The notes under the pieces: model-generated
Told to the model about the DNA's origin: nothing
The model's input: only the letters and a program-made list of their open reading frames with translations
Databases searched by the model: none
Source: Promethearchaeota archaeon
GTDB taxonomy: Archaea > Asgardarchaeota > Hermodarchaeia > Hermodarchaeales > Hermodarchaeaceae
Length of the DNA: 64,000 nt
Reading direction: 5' to 3'
NCBI GenBank assembly: GCA_048938385.1
Contig: JBHLMG010000010.1
Location: forward strand, 9,785 to 73,784
Part shown: in pieces, positions 45,728 through 55,176 of the stretch
Position numbering within the stretch: position 1 is the stretch's first letter
How the letters are laid out: each line of letters starts with the position of its first letter
Position numbers and translations under genes: made by a program

Positions 45728-47887
45728 ATGGAACAGAATGACATCGACGGCGAGATCGCAGGTAGGACAGGGCAACCTACTCCTAAACTCGAAGGTTACA
45801 ACATCAAAATCCAAGCGGAACAACTTCCACTATATAGCGGTTCTGTGGATTATTGGCGGATACCAACCTCTTATTGGACGAGCGTTCTTGACCGGATCAA
45901 GGGTATGGGGTTTCGTTTCATATCCCTGACAATACCATGGAACATCCATGAAGTAGCCAGCGATCTTTTTGATTTTGGCACTACAAACAAGCAACGAGAC
46001 TTAGAAGGCTTCCTTGGATTATGTCAGGAGAGGAACCTTTTTGCAATAGTTCGTCCCGGACCTTGCGTCAATGCTGAGCTAGTTTATTACGGCTTCCCAA
46101 AACGCATCCTTTACGATAAGGATATTCAAGCAGTGTCTGCTTTTGGAACCCGAGTGGTTGTTCCAGCAATTCCAACTCCATTTCCCATGCCTAGTTACGC
46201 TAGCGAAAAATTCTATGATGAAGTTAGCAAATACTTTGACGCCCTCTGCCCTATTCTTGCCCGAAACCTCTCACCAGGCGGACCCATTGTCGGAGTCCAG
46301 ATCGATAATGATGTTCCCCTGCTATTTCGAAACGGTCCTTTCAGCGCAGACTATTCTTCCTCTGCCATCAGATGGTACCACGAATTCTTGGCTGGCAAAT
46401 ACCCCTCAATTACTGCCTTAAACCGAGCATATCGTACCAGGTATAATGCCTTTGAAGATATAGAACCCCCTCGCGCTCTCGCGACCACTGAACGTGAAGC
46501 CCTCCCACGGTATTTAGATTGGATGGAATTCAAAGAGTACTATGTAGGTCTGGCATTAAGCGTTCTTGCGAGCCTTCTTTGGTCTAGAGGCGTTCGAGGA
46601 ATTTTTACATACCACAATAGTCGAAGCAACTTCCCAACACTTCCCTTGAATGTATCACGAACTGAACGAGAACTAGACATCCAAGGCGTGGGTTTATACC
46701 TTGACAAATCTCAATACGAAGAGATCCGACGCGGTGCCCTATACATGAGCACCGTGAGTCGTTTCCCCTTCCTTTCTGAAGTAGGGATAGGCACTTGGCC
46801 AGGAGGTCCAGTGATTCCCATCCAGGATTCCCAATTTGCTCTACTTGTTGCACTGATGAATGGTGTTCGTGGTTTTAATGCACATATGCTGGTTGAACGG
46901 AATAGATGGATTGGCGGACCCCTCAGTCCATCGGGTTCAACGCGAGATCAACCTTATGCGTTCTTACATCGATTGCTGACAATTCTAGACACAATTGAGT
47001 TTCCCACTCTTCAACGGAACATACCTGTTCTCTTGCTTCGGAATTTTGAGTACGAACGCCTGTACGGATTGTGTCAAAATGGTAATTGGTTCACTGATCT
47101 TTTAGACATCCCTGCTGAATTACTCCTGGATAATCGCACATTCAGTTACACTGAAACAATTCAGAAAGCATACCCTGACCTCTGGAATGCGTTCTATTGG
47201 GGATTAACCCGTTCTAAAATCCCTTTTGCTATTGGCGATACCGAGATGGATCGACCAGCTCTAAGTCACTATCAAGCCATCTTTCTCCCTACATTTGATT
47301 TCATGTCAGGAGAACTGCAAGAGAAAATCGTAGAGTATATACAGCGCGGTGGCACAGCCATTATAGGCCCTGAACTTCCCTATCTAGGTGTGGATATGCG
47401 GGGATGCACTATCCTGTCAGATCAGACAGGCGTACAGGTTCCAAATACACGGCGACCCTTAGTTGGTTTCCATGATCCCTTCCAAATTATCGAAGATCGA
47501 GTTCGGGTTGGGAACCAGACAGCAGGAAGAATCCAACCCCATGGGAATGGCTACATCATTTTCCTCGGTATTACACTGCCACCGACTACAGACCGTGAGG
47601 GTGCAGTCGATGCTGAGTGCGTCATCACCCAATCAGTGAACCATCTAAAAATTCAAGCAGAAGGAGATATTCAAAATCCGTCGGTAGATGAAATCTATTG
47701 GGGAACCCGAGCACCACGGGTGATTTTTCAAGCGAACACAACTAATCAACCACAATCGGTGAGAGTAAATATCGCTCAACGAGCTCAACTCCGAAATCTC
47801 TGGACTGGCGAACAATTAACCCAGCGTGGTCCACAAGAGATTGCCCTTGATCCATATGAAACTCTACTCCTAGAGGTGATCCGATGA
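45728..47887 (+). CDS. GH35-like (clan GH-A beta-galactosidase-like) protein with altered acid/base motif
   Basis: YSGSVDYWRIPTSYWTSVLDRIKGMGFRFISLTIPWNIHE and VRPGPCVNAE align by eye to the GH35 N-terminal barrel. The usual GGP..VQ.ENEYG reads GGPIVGVQIDNDVP here. Confidence 0.7.
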   Translation: MEQNDIDGEIAGRTGQPTPKLEGYNIKIQAEQLPLYSGSVDYWRIPTSYWTSVLDRIKGMGFRFISLTIPWNIHEVASDLFDFGTTNKQRDLEGFLGLCQERNLFAIVRPGPCVNAELVYYGFPKRILYDKDIQAVSAFGTRVVVPAIPTPFPMPSYASEKFYDEVSKYFDALCPILARNLSPGGPIVGVQIDNDVPLLFRNGPFSADYSSSAIRWYHEFLAGKYPSITALNRAYRTRYNAFEDIEPPRALATTEREALPRYLDWMEFKEYYVGLALSVLASLLWSRGVRGIFTYHNSRSNFPTLPLNVSRTERELDIQGVGLYLDKSQYEEIRRGALYMSTVSRFPFLSEVGIGTWPGGPVIPIQDSQFALLVALMNGVRGFNAHMLVERNRWIGGPLSPSGSTRDQPYAFLHRLLTILDTIEFPTLQRNIPVLLLRNFEYERLYGLCQNGNWFTDLLDIPAELLLDNRTFSYTETIQKAYPDLWNAFYWGLTRSKIPFAIGDTEMDRPALSHYQAIFLPTFDFMSGELQEKIVEYIQRGGTAIIGPELPYLGVDMRGCTILSDQTGVQVPNTRRPLVGFHDPFQIIEDRVRVGNQTAGRIQPHGNGYIIFLGITLPPTTDREGAVDAECVITQSVNHLKIQAEGDIQNPSVDEIYWGTRAPRVIFQANTTNQPQSVRVNIAQRAQLRNLWTGEQLTQRGPQEIALDPYETLLLEVIR

Positions 47888-48681
47888 GACGACTAGCTGA
47901 ACAGTATGAGTTACTAGACATTGACCCCATGCAATGGGTGAATCTGCTTTCCTTACTCCCTGAGTTAACTGCGGAAAAAGGGATTCTCTACTTATTATTC
48001 CACGGGTCAGAAATTATTCAAGCGTTCCATTCTTTGCAGGGTATTCGTCCTGATCTAACAGGTCCCTTTTCCACTCCATCGATTGTGATTCAGCAGCTCC
48101 AACAACGAGAAGAGGTAGATGCCGTCATTCTACTTGAGCAGGGACTTGCTGTTTACCTGCTTGCCAAGATGCAGGGAGCTTTCGCACCAGAAATGGATAT
48201 CATGCAGTTTTTTGAAGTCGCTCAGGAAAGTATTGAAGAGGAGAAGGGACGACGATTATTTGTTTGGCCTGATGAATTCTGGGATAAGGGAACTTTCGGA
48301 TTCTTAGGGCGAATTCACAAGCTCATAGAAGCCTTACCACTTGATTTTGTCTTAGCGTTGGCAGTTTTTGAGGAAAACCGGATCTGGGCTAGTCTTATTA
48401 TCCAGCGGTCTGAGGGACAAATCCGAAGAATCACCACCTCACAACACTTAGAATCGTTTAACCTGAACTTTGAAGACTGGCAGACGGAGTATATTATGTT
48501 CAATCAAGCAGTTACTCAACTATTTGGTCGCCCCAACCTGGGTATATTTACTGATGATGAAACGCTTCGATTTCTTATCAAAAGTGAATCTCCGTTGGAG
48601 TTTTTACGTCAAGCTTATAAAAAAGGGCAAATCATCATTGATCCGATTCCCCCTTCAATTCGTAACAGGCTTCAGCGTTAA
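47884..48681 (+). CDS. hypothetical protein, translationally coupled to the GH35-like gene
   Basis: ATGA start/stop overlap at 47884-47887. 265 aa, soluble. No family recognised. Confidence 0.55.
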   Translation: MRRLAEQYELLDIDPMQWVNLLSLLPELTAEKGILYLLFHGSEIIQAFHSLQGIRPDLTGPFSTPSIVIQQLQQREEVDAVILLEQGLAVYLLAKMQGAFAPEMDIMQFFEVAQESIEEEKGRRLFVWPDEFWDKGTFGFLGRIHKLIEALPLDFVLALAVFEENRIWASLIIQRSEGQIRRITTSQHLESFNLNFEDWQTEYIMFNQAVTQLFGRPNLGIFTDDETLRFLIKSESPLEFLRQAYKKGQIIIDPIPPSIRNRLQR

Positions 48682-49700
48682 CGGCGTCGACGAATGAACA
48701 GTCCGATTAAGATGATGATAACACAGTACATCACAACACTGAGAATTAAGAGTAGTTCGGGGGGAAGAACTAGCCAGTATCCTACAGGGGGACCACCTGG
48801 TTCAACCTGAAGGGACATGTCCTCGGGATAAGCATCATCGATCACTGGGATAGGAGCTGTGTGATTGCTCATCACGGCATAATATGGGAAAGCAGGAAAG
48901 ACCACCGAGGAAATGTACTCCCGAGTTAAGGGTGTAGCAAATGCAAAGGCTTCCTCCACCACCACTTCCCCATCATCATCGGCATCGGCTGAAGCGTTCT
49001 GAAACGCATTGGTTAAGAAGTGATTGAATACATCACCAATAATTGGAAGCCCTTCTTCGGGTAACCCCGCCCAAGAATACTCGCCCACCTGTGAGGATGC
49101 CAAGTGCACATGACCTGCAGAATCAGTTCGCACTGGATTAATCATCGCCTCTGACCCACAAGCAGATACGACCAAGACTTTTTCCTGGCTAGCTAAATTT
49201 AACCAGCCTGATGAAAACCAATTCTCCCAGTGCATTTCGTTTAGTATCCAATTTCCATGGGCAAAGATGTAAAAAAGAACAACATCATTAGCGTCCGCGT
49301 TTTGTGCGAGGAAGTGAAGTGCTGCTTCACCCACGGATTGCGTAAGCGAGTCCTGATAGATTTGAATGTGATGGGTTTGCCATCCCAGCACAAGGAGTGT
49401 TGAGATCCATTTCTGGACATCGCTGAAACCGGTGGGCAAATCGGAATTCGTGCCAGGGTAATCATCCATTTCTAAAAGGACTGCCCAACCTTCTCTGGGA
49501 TTATTTGGTAATTGACTAGTTACGATTCTTGGCAGGAGTAGAACTCCAAGCATCATGAAGAGGACGCTCAGTTGTTTTATCAAAAGTCTTCGGTGATATC
49601 TTGCCACAGAATCACATTCAATAGATACATCTTGAGGCGCTGTTATATTAATAACCCGTAAGAGGTCAGAAGAAAAAAGGGGAAACTGCACAAAAAGCAA
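48678..49700 (-). CDS. legumain-like (clan CD, C13-type) cysteine peptidase, secreted with C-terminal TM anchor
   Basis: GWAVLLE..., DVVLFYIFAHGNW (His-Gly) and KVLVVSACGSE (Ala-Cys) parallel legumain HWVVIVAGS / HVFIYFTDHG / MVFYIEACESG. The C-terminus is LLLILSVVMYCVIIILIGLFIRRRR. Start is uncertain; the GTG at 49607 gives a cleaner signal peptide. Confidence 0.55.
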   Translation of the reverse strand: MLFVQFPLFSSDLLRVINITAPQDVSIECDSVARYHRRLLIKQLSVLFMMLGVLLLPRIVTSQLPNNPREGWAVLLEMDDYPGTNSDLPTGFSDVQKWISTLLVLGWQTHHIQIYQDSLTQSVGEAALHFLAQNADANDVVLFYIFAHGNWILNEMHWENWFSSGWLNLASQEKVLVVSACGSEAMINPVRTDSAGHVHLASSQVGEYSWAGLPEEGLPIIGDVFNHFLTNAFQNASADADDDGEVVVEEAFAFATPLTREYISSVVFPAFPYYAVMSNHTAPIPVIDDAYPEDMSLQVEPGGPPVGYWLVLPPELLLILSVVMYCVIIILIGLFIRRRR

Positions 49701-49716
49701 CTTGAAAAATTATGGT

Positions 49717-50631
49717 TCAGAGCTTTTCAAGACACAGATGAACCAATTTCTTGTCTTTATCCTGAAGGGTTCCAAGGATTTTCCCTTGAGCCTGTGCAGT
49801 TCCCTTGCCTTTCTGAATTTCTAATTTCGCGCTTAACTTTTGCAGTTCTTGGAGAATCGTATCACGAATAGAGGTGACTTTTTTTGGAGGAGTTGGTTTC
49901 GGGGCTGCGATTTCAAAGGCAAAGCGTTCCACTAAATGGTTATGGAATGCCTGATAGGTTTTAGGATTATCGAAGACTTCCACAGCTTGAACTCTGCCTT
50001 CACTTATCACGGCTAATCCGACCTGTTGTTGTTGAGGAGTTATCTGTGCGATTTCGTCGCGAATAGCATCCATGGCTTTTCCTTGCACATGGCTAAGTCG
50101 AGAGGAAGTTTCAGAAGCATCGAGTAGTTGTTTCCCTTTGAGTTTACTCGTCTTCAGTTTCTCACGATATCCATGAACTTTACTCCAAACCCGATCTTGT
50201 CCAGCAACGCTTTGGGTGATAGATACCCCTCGTACTCCTGGAGCAGCTACACTATAGTGCTCGACATCGGTCATCAGGCATTGATATTCGCGGATGGGGT
50301 GGATATCATGAGTACAACGACAGGGTAATTCTATTTGGATTTTAGGAGGGACGAGGTGGCTCCCAATGATAATGCGTGATTGAGTGCCTTCAGCATGCAC
50401 ATCCATTCCAGCAATGAACAATACGGGAAGCTTCGCCCTGTTGAAGACTAAGACCGCGTTGATGTCACCAGAGTCGCGAAGGTCAAGAAGGCCCTTTTGC
50501 AAGGCTTCGTGAGCGGTGAGGTAGTCCCGTGGAACAGCCTGTGACGGGCACAAGATAGGGATGAAGTGCGCGTTTCCAATTTGGTGAGCACCTCCCAATT
50601 CGAGAGCGTCCAAGGCTTTTATTAGGTCCAT
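49717..50631 (-). CDS. hypothetical soluble protein
   Basis: 304 aa. Beta-rich N-terminal half with ELPCRCTHDIHP and a K-rich helical C-terminus. It faintly recalls DUF6569/ARPP-like proteins, but I cannot support that. Confidence 0.5.
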   Translation of the reverse strand: MDLIKALDALELGGAHQIGNAHFIPILCPSQAVPRDYLTAHEALQKGLLDLRDSGDINAVLVFNRAKLPVLFIAGMDVHAEGTQSRIIIGSHLVPPKIQIELPCRCTHDIHPIREYQCLMTDVEHYSVAAPGVRGVSITQSVAGQDRVWSKVHGYREKLKTSKLKGKQLLDASETSSRLSHVQGKAMDAIRDEIAQITPQQQQVGLAVISEGRVQAVEVFDNPKTYQAFHNHLVERFAFEIAAPKPTPPKKVTSIRDTILQELQKLSAKLEIQKGKGTAQAQGKILGTLQDKDKKLVHLCLEKL

Positions 50632-50813
50632 TAGGGTTTCTTGGGTTTCAGTTATTGTGGTTCACCATTCCATTACACGAAATTTGTAATTTAATTACAC
50701 CTAACGCGCTAAGTATAAAAATTTTAGCACGCCCTGACAATGAAGGATAAAAGCCTAACAAAACCCCCATTTGGGAGCGAATTAAAATGGCTGGTTTTCC
50801 CGGGGATTAGGCT

Positions 50814-51737
50814 TTAGCGGGTTCGATCGAGTTTAGCTAGACGGTCCAGGAGTTGTTTTCGTTTCCGTTTGTAGAAACCCTCCGTGACTCGCCCATCTTT
50901 ATGTTGGAGTTCTAATGCACCTAAAAGATCGAGAACAGCATCTCGTTCGATCAGGGCCTCCGAGAGATATTCTACTCGATAGACTTCGTCGGATAGATCC
51001 CCCTTTTCTCTCGATGAAATCAGCAGCGATTCCACTTCATCAGGAGCGATGGTGATGGTTGTAACTTCAGTTTCTAGATAATCAATAGCAGATTGTATCT
51101 TCGTTTCAGTTTCTTCTGTCGTTGTGGTTGTCGCAGAGATTTCGTCATGCAAGGTCTGTGAAGCTGGTCTATTCTTAAGTAGAGGAAGAAGCCACGCAGG
51201 AAGTGCATCGTATTGTTCAGCCGTCGGATACCGCGAAATATCCACTGATTCTTCTTCTTGGATCCTGTCTTCAGCCCTAGCTCGACGACGGAGATGGGCA
51301 CCCTCTTGTCGTCGCCTCTGTCTTCGAGATGCCGTTCCTCGCTCAGCATTTGCTTCGCGCCGTCGACTGTGTGATCGTATTTCAGTGTATAATACTCCGA
51401 ACGCTGAATTTAACAACAATACAAGGAGGAGTGTTACTGCACTAACTAAGGATATTAAACTCCCAAATGTGATGAGCGCGTAGAGAGGGTGACTTGAACC
51501 CCATGAAGTCGAAAGAATCCCTAACCAGCCTGCGATGACAAGAAGAAGGATTGCAGTGAAGATGAGGAGACGATAACGATGCCAAGACCGACCCAAGTCT
51601 TCTGAGGGATGTCGGCTTGTGTTTGCGCCATTGGGTTCGTCGGGGTAGGACCCAGGCTCAGAGGGGGGGCGAATTGCCGAGACAACTCCGCGTTGAGATG
51701 TGAATCGGACCCACTTAAAAGTTCGGGCAGGAACCAC
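50814..51737 (-). CDS. membrane protein with Arg-rich linker and SHOCT-like C-terminus
   Basis: Two or three TM helices, an RRREANAERGTASRRQRRRQEGAHLRRRARAEDR linker, and a C-terminal DGRVTEGFYKRKRKQLLDRL (SHOCT-like). GTG start 6 nt after the GH38 stop. Confidence 0.5.
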   Translation of the reverse strand: MVPARTFKWVRFTSQRGVVSAIRPPSEPGSYPDEPNGANTSRHPSEDLGRSWHRYRLLIFTAILLLVIAGWLGILSTSWGSSHPLYALITFGSLISLVSAVTLLLVLLLNSAFGVLYTEIRSHSRRREANAERGTASRRQRRRQEGAHLRRRARAEDRIQEEESVDISRYPTAEQYDALPAWLLPLLKNRPASQTLHDEISATTTTTEETETKIQSAIDYLETEVTTITIAPDEVESLLISSREKGDLSDEVYRVEYLSEALIERDAVLDLLGALELQHKDGRVTEGFYKRKRKQLLDRLAKLDRTR

Positions 51738-51743
51738 CCTTGT

Positions 51744-54692
51744 TTAAGATTCCTTTGGGGTGACTTTAAGCGTTTGAATTTGGTAAGGAGCGGTGGGAAT
51801 TGTGAAGGTGTTACTTCCTGCCGATTTTACCAGAGATTGCTTGAAAGGCTTTTCATCCAGAGTTGCCTCCGTTACATTTAGAGTTGGTGAAAAACCGAAG
51901 GAAAGGTGTGTGGTTGTGGGTTCTCCATGGAGTTCGTAGATGCGGAGTATCGCGTTTTCGGAAGCTTCGGCTTTTTTGAGAATACTGAATGCTACATTGC
52001 TTGGGGTTAGGTCGAGGAAGCTGTGTTTTGGCGGGAGAGAGTTCTCTTCTGTGGTAAAGAGTTGCATGGCTTTCAGAGGCACCACGAAGGTTTGAACCTG
52101 TGTGCGAACTGTTGGGTGTTGCCAAGTACCCTGGTGTGGAATTATGGAGTAGTGGAAGGTGTGGTCCCCAAGGCATTGGGCACCGGGTGTGGCGATTTCT
52201 GGACCAGCATGTCCTCGACGGGTAGTGAGATCATTACGAGAGAGCCAGCCTACGCATCGGAGTAGCGTGAGGGCAATGGTGCGTTTCGTATCGGTGAGTA
52301 CTTCATATTCAGGGAGACCACGGGAGGCAATGAGGAGTCCTTTGTCATCATCTGTGACATCGACGAAGGTTTGGAGGGCATGGGTTGTGGTGGAATCTTC
52401 AAACCAACCCATGTGCTTCCCGGGCACATTTGGTTGCTTGAGAATTGAGGTCATGTAGTAGTCTATCATCATCGGATATAACGGCGCCTCCCAGTCTTGT
52501 GAAGCCGGTGTGAGGGGGCGTTCAATGACATAGAAAGGGGTATCACCCCATGCAGTATCGGTAGCAAGGTGAGTAGGAAAGAGTACGCGCAGCCGGTGGT
52601 CGAGAACCCTATTCGAGACATTAGTTTGAACATCAACTCGCGGGCTTTGCGCGTAGATAGTGATGAGGTTTTCAACAGGAAGCTCAACCAATTGAGCCGC
52701 CCGTCGCCGGCGTGAAGCCTCTAATCCTTGAGGTATCTGCAACCGCAATCGCGCCTTCAATGTCACAGCAACTGGTCCTGCCTCAACAACCCGCACCTCA
52801 CAGTCAGAAACCTCCTGACTAGAAATCACATCATCTAACTCCGGAGGACAATATGTGTACTCATCCCCCCGATCCCCACCATCCTCAAACACCAACACCG
52901 ACGAATACCGCTGCCCTGTACCCTTATCAACCACTCCCACCACTCCATTCTCACACCCCACCTCAACCCGTACACGCTTATTCTCCACCACCATCAACCC
53001 AGCCTCTTCTATTACAGTCACCCCACCAACTACATCCCCCGCCATCATCGACGCCCCTTCAGCCACAAATAGCGTCTCCACCCCCAATCCTACAACCTCC
53101 ACTAACACCGTCACCACCAACCGCCCCTCTAATCCTCCGCCCTCAGGTTCCCCCACAAACCCCCGAGGGAGAGAGTGGAGCTCAAGGAGAGGAAGGAAAG
53201 ATGGATCCATCTCTATCGCAGGAATAATTTGTGCAGGTAGCCGATTGCCCTCTGAATCATAAACACCAATTTTGGTGATGTCGCTGAATGGTTTGATTGG
53301 TTGTATGAGTACGCGTACGGGACTGGTATGGGTCCATGGGTGTGGATTAAAGATCCGAATTGTCGCTATACAGGGCTGTGGTACCTTTGGAGAGGGAGTA
53401 GAGCCGGTTAGTTGGTTGATGTAGTTTACAGCATCACTGAGGATTTGGTTTCCGAGTTGTTGACTCCAAGCCGAGCGGCGTTCCATATCGGCATGGGTAG
53501 CATCAACGCTACAACCACAAATCGAATCGTGAGGATGATTTTGGAGTACCTGTTCCCAGGCGCGGCGTAATCCTTCAGCGGGGTAGGGGGCACCGTGCCA
53601 CCAAGCAATGGTGGCGAAGGGTTCAGCCCATCGTTCCAAGAGTTGTTGGGTGGCAAAATTAGCCTGTTTGAGATAGATACGGGATGAAAAGACGCCTGAA
53701 AGTATAGAGATGTATTTGCTGCTATGTTGTTCTCCTTCAATTCGGGATAACTGATTTAGGTCAACTTCTTGGCGGATAATGTCAAGGTAGTCTTGGAGAG
53801 TGCCCTGCTTGAATTTTACACCTTGCATTTCTTGCAAGAAATCACTAAAAACTTCATCTAGAAATGGGCTTATTTGGTCGATGCCGGTGACTTCGGTTGT
53901 GATCGGGCTTTTACCTAGATCCCCTAGGAGTTGGGAAACAGATCGTCCTTGAAGTATATCTTGGGTTTGTAGGCGTTGATTTAGCTTTTTAAGCAGATTG
54001 GGAAGAAAGGGTTGGGGAGGAAGGTGGTCGCTGCCATTCATCAACAAGATAGCAGAGCTCATAGCACGCAGAGATAAGACCTTCATGGGCATCAGTAACT
54101 GCGCCAACGAAGCATCGACGGAATTAGGAAGGTTAGCTGCAGTAGAATAACTAGTGCGTAAATGAACGAGAAGCACTTCTGACCCGTCAGGTGCGCGCCA
54201 AAGTAATTCAGTCGGCAAGGTTTTACCCTGGTCTTCAAGTCCTCGCCAAAAGATCGTGGAGGTCATGTTGAAGCCTTTCAAAAGTTGTGGTAATTGGGCG
54301 ATATGACCGAAGGTATCAGGCACATACCCAATAGACATGATTGCTCCAAAATCCTTCGCAATTCGATGACCATAGAGCAGGTTACGGATGAGGGCCTCTC
54401 CACTTACTAGGAACTCATCAGCTAACACATACCAGGGGCCAATTTGGAGGCGATTGTGTGAAATCAGGTTTTGAAGATGTTTCCGCTTATTGGGGCGTAA
54501 ATCGAGATAGTCATGAAGAATCAGGGTTTGGCCGTCTAAGTTGAAAGCTGTGAAGTCAGAATCCTGTTCTAGAAGGTTAATCAGTTGGTCCATGGTTTTT
54601 ACGAGTTGCCAGCGAAACTCCTCGAAGGGTAAGTACCATTCACGATCCCAGTGGGTATGACTAACTACAATGACTGTCCGAAGAGGAGGCAC
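51744..54692 (-). CDS. GH38 alpha-mannosidase / mannosylglycerate-hydrolase-like
   Basis: N-terminus VIVVSHTHWDREWY, then NGSDH and HPHDSICGCS. 982 aa. Confidence 0.85.
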   Translation of the reverse strand: MPPLRTVIVVSHTHWDREWYLPFEEFRWQLVKTMDQLINLLEQDSDFTAFNLDGQTLILHDYLDLRPNKRKHLQNLISHNRLQIGPWYVLADEFLVSGEALIRNLLYGHRIAKDFGAIMSIGYVPDTFGHIAQLPQLLKGFNMTSTIFWRGLEDQGKTLPTELLWRAPDGSEVLLVHLRTSYSTAANLPNSVDASLAQLLMPMKVLSLRAMSSAILLMNGSDHLPPQPFLPNLLKKLNQRLQTQDILQGRSVSQLLGDLGKSPITTEVTGIDQISPFLDEVFSDFLQEMQGVKFKQGTLQDYLDIIRQEVDLNQLSRIEGEQHSSKYISILSGVFSSRIYLKQANFATQQLLERWAEPFATIAWWHGAPYPAEGLRRAWEQVLQNHPHDSICGCSVDATHADMERRSAWSQQLGNQILSDAVNYINQLTGSTPSPKVPQPCIATIRIFNPHPWTHTSPVRVLIQPIKPFSDITKIGVYDSEGNRLPAQIIPAIEMDPSFLPLLELHSLPRGFVGEPEGGGLEGRLVVTVLVEVVGLGVETLFVAEGASMMAGDVVGGVTVIEEAGLMVVENKRVRVEVGCENGVVGVVDKGTGQRYSSVLVFEDGGDRGDEYTYCPPELDDVISSQEVSDCEVRVVEAGPVAVTLKARLRLQIPQGLEASRRRRAAQLVELPVENLITIYAQSPRVDVQTNVSNRVLDHRLRVLFPTHLATDTAWGDTPFYVIERPLTPASQDWEAPLYPMMIDYYMTSILKQPNVPGKHMGWFEDSTTTHALQTFVDVTDDDKGLLIASRGLPEYEVLTDTKRTIALTLLRCVGWLSRNDLTTRRGHAGPEIATPGAQCLGDHTFHYSIIPHQGTWQHPTVRTQVQTFVVPLKAMQLFTTEENSLPPKHSFLDLTPSNVAFSILKKAEASENAILRIYELHGEPTTTHLSFGFSPTLNVTEATLDEKPFKQSLVKSAGSNTFTIPTAPYQIQTLKVTPKES

Positions 54693-54815
54693 ATCCGTTA
54701 CCGCCTTTCAGTGTTTATACAGAAGTATTGTTCGTTGCTGCTTTATGTGGTTTTCACTTATCAAGAACCCTCTCTAGCTTTTTGTGTGCTCTTTCGATTT
54801 CTCAATCAAGTGAGG

Positions 54816-55076
54816 ATGAGTAGCGTGACACACCTCTCGCAACCGCAAGCGGACTCAGACCGTATTCTCTGGGAAGTGCTCCAAGAACTCCAACCCCACC
54901 GAGGCCACCAGCAGCAAGCCCAACTGCTTCGAGCAGGTCAGATTCAACGAATCCGGCCCCTTCTTGATTACGCAATTCGCCTTCAATGGCGGGCTGGTCA
55001 TACTCCGGAGAGCGAAGCGGCTCTCAAACGGTTTGTCTACAGGTTTCTCAGCGGCTCAATCCCTCTCTACGATTAG
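54816..55076 (+). CDS. possible small hypothetical protein
   Basis: 86-codon ATG ORF in an otherwise empty 484-nt gap. No recognisable family or good RBS. Confidence 0.25.
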   Translation: MSSVTHLSQPQADSDRILWEVLQELQPHRGHQQQAQLLRAGQIQRIRPLLDYAIRLQWRAGHTPESEAALKRFVYRFLSGSIPLYD

Positions 55077-55176
55077 CACCGTTTGGAATAACCTGTTTTT
55101 CCTTGAAAAAAAGGTGTACTAGGAGCGGGCATCTGGGCGTTGGTGCCGCTCCTAGCCATTTTCATTGAGGCAAGAT

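Noticed and set aside
52853-53262. Strongly C/A-rich plus-strand stretch with two long proline-rich plus-strand ORFs (124 and 135 aa) inside the GH38 gene. It looked like a possible embedded or overlapping gene or a foreign insert.
   Set aside because: The minus strand here encodes a continuous Gly/Val/Glu-rich but GH38-consistent segment (…VENKRVRVEVGCENGVVGVVDKGTGQRY…FEDGGDRGDEYTYCPP). The proline-rich ORFs are antisense shadows of GGN/GTG/GAG codons, and the GH38 frame has no break.
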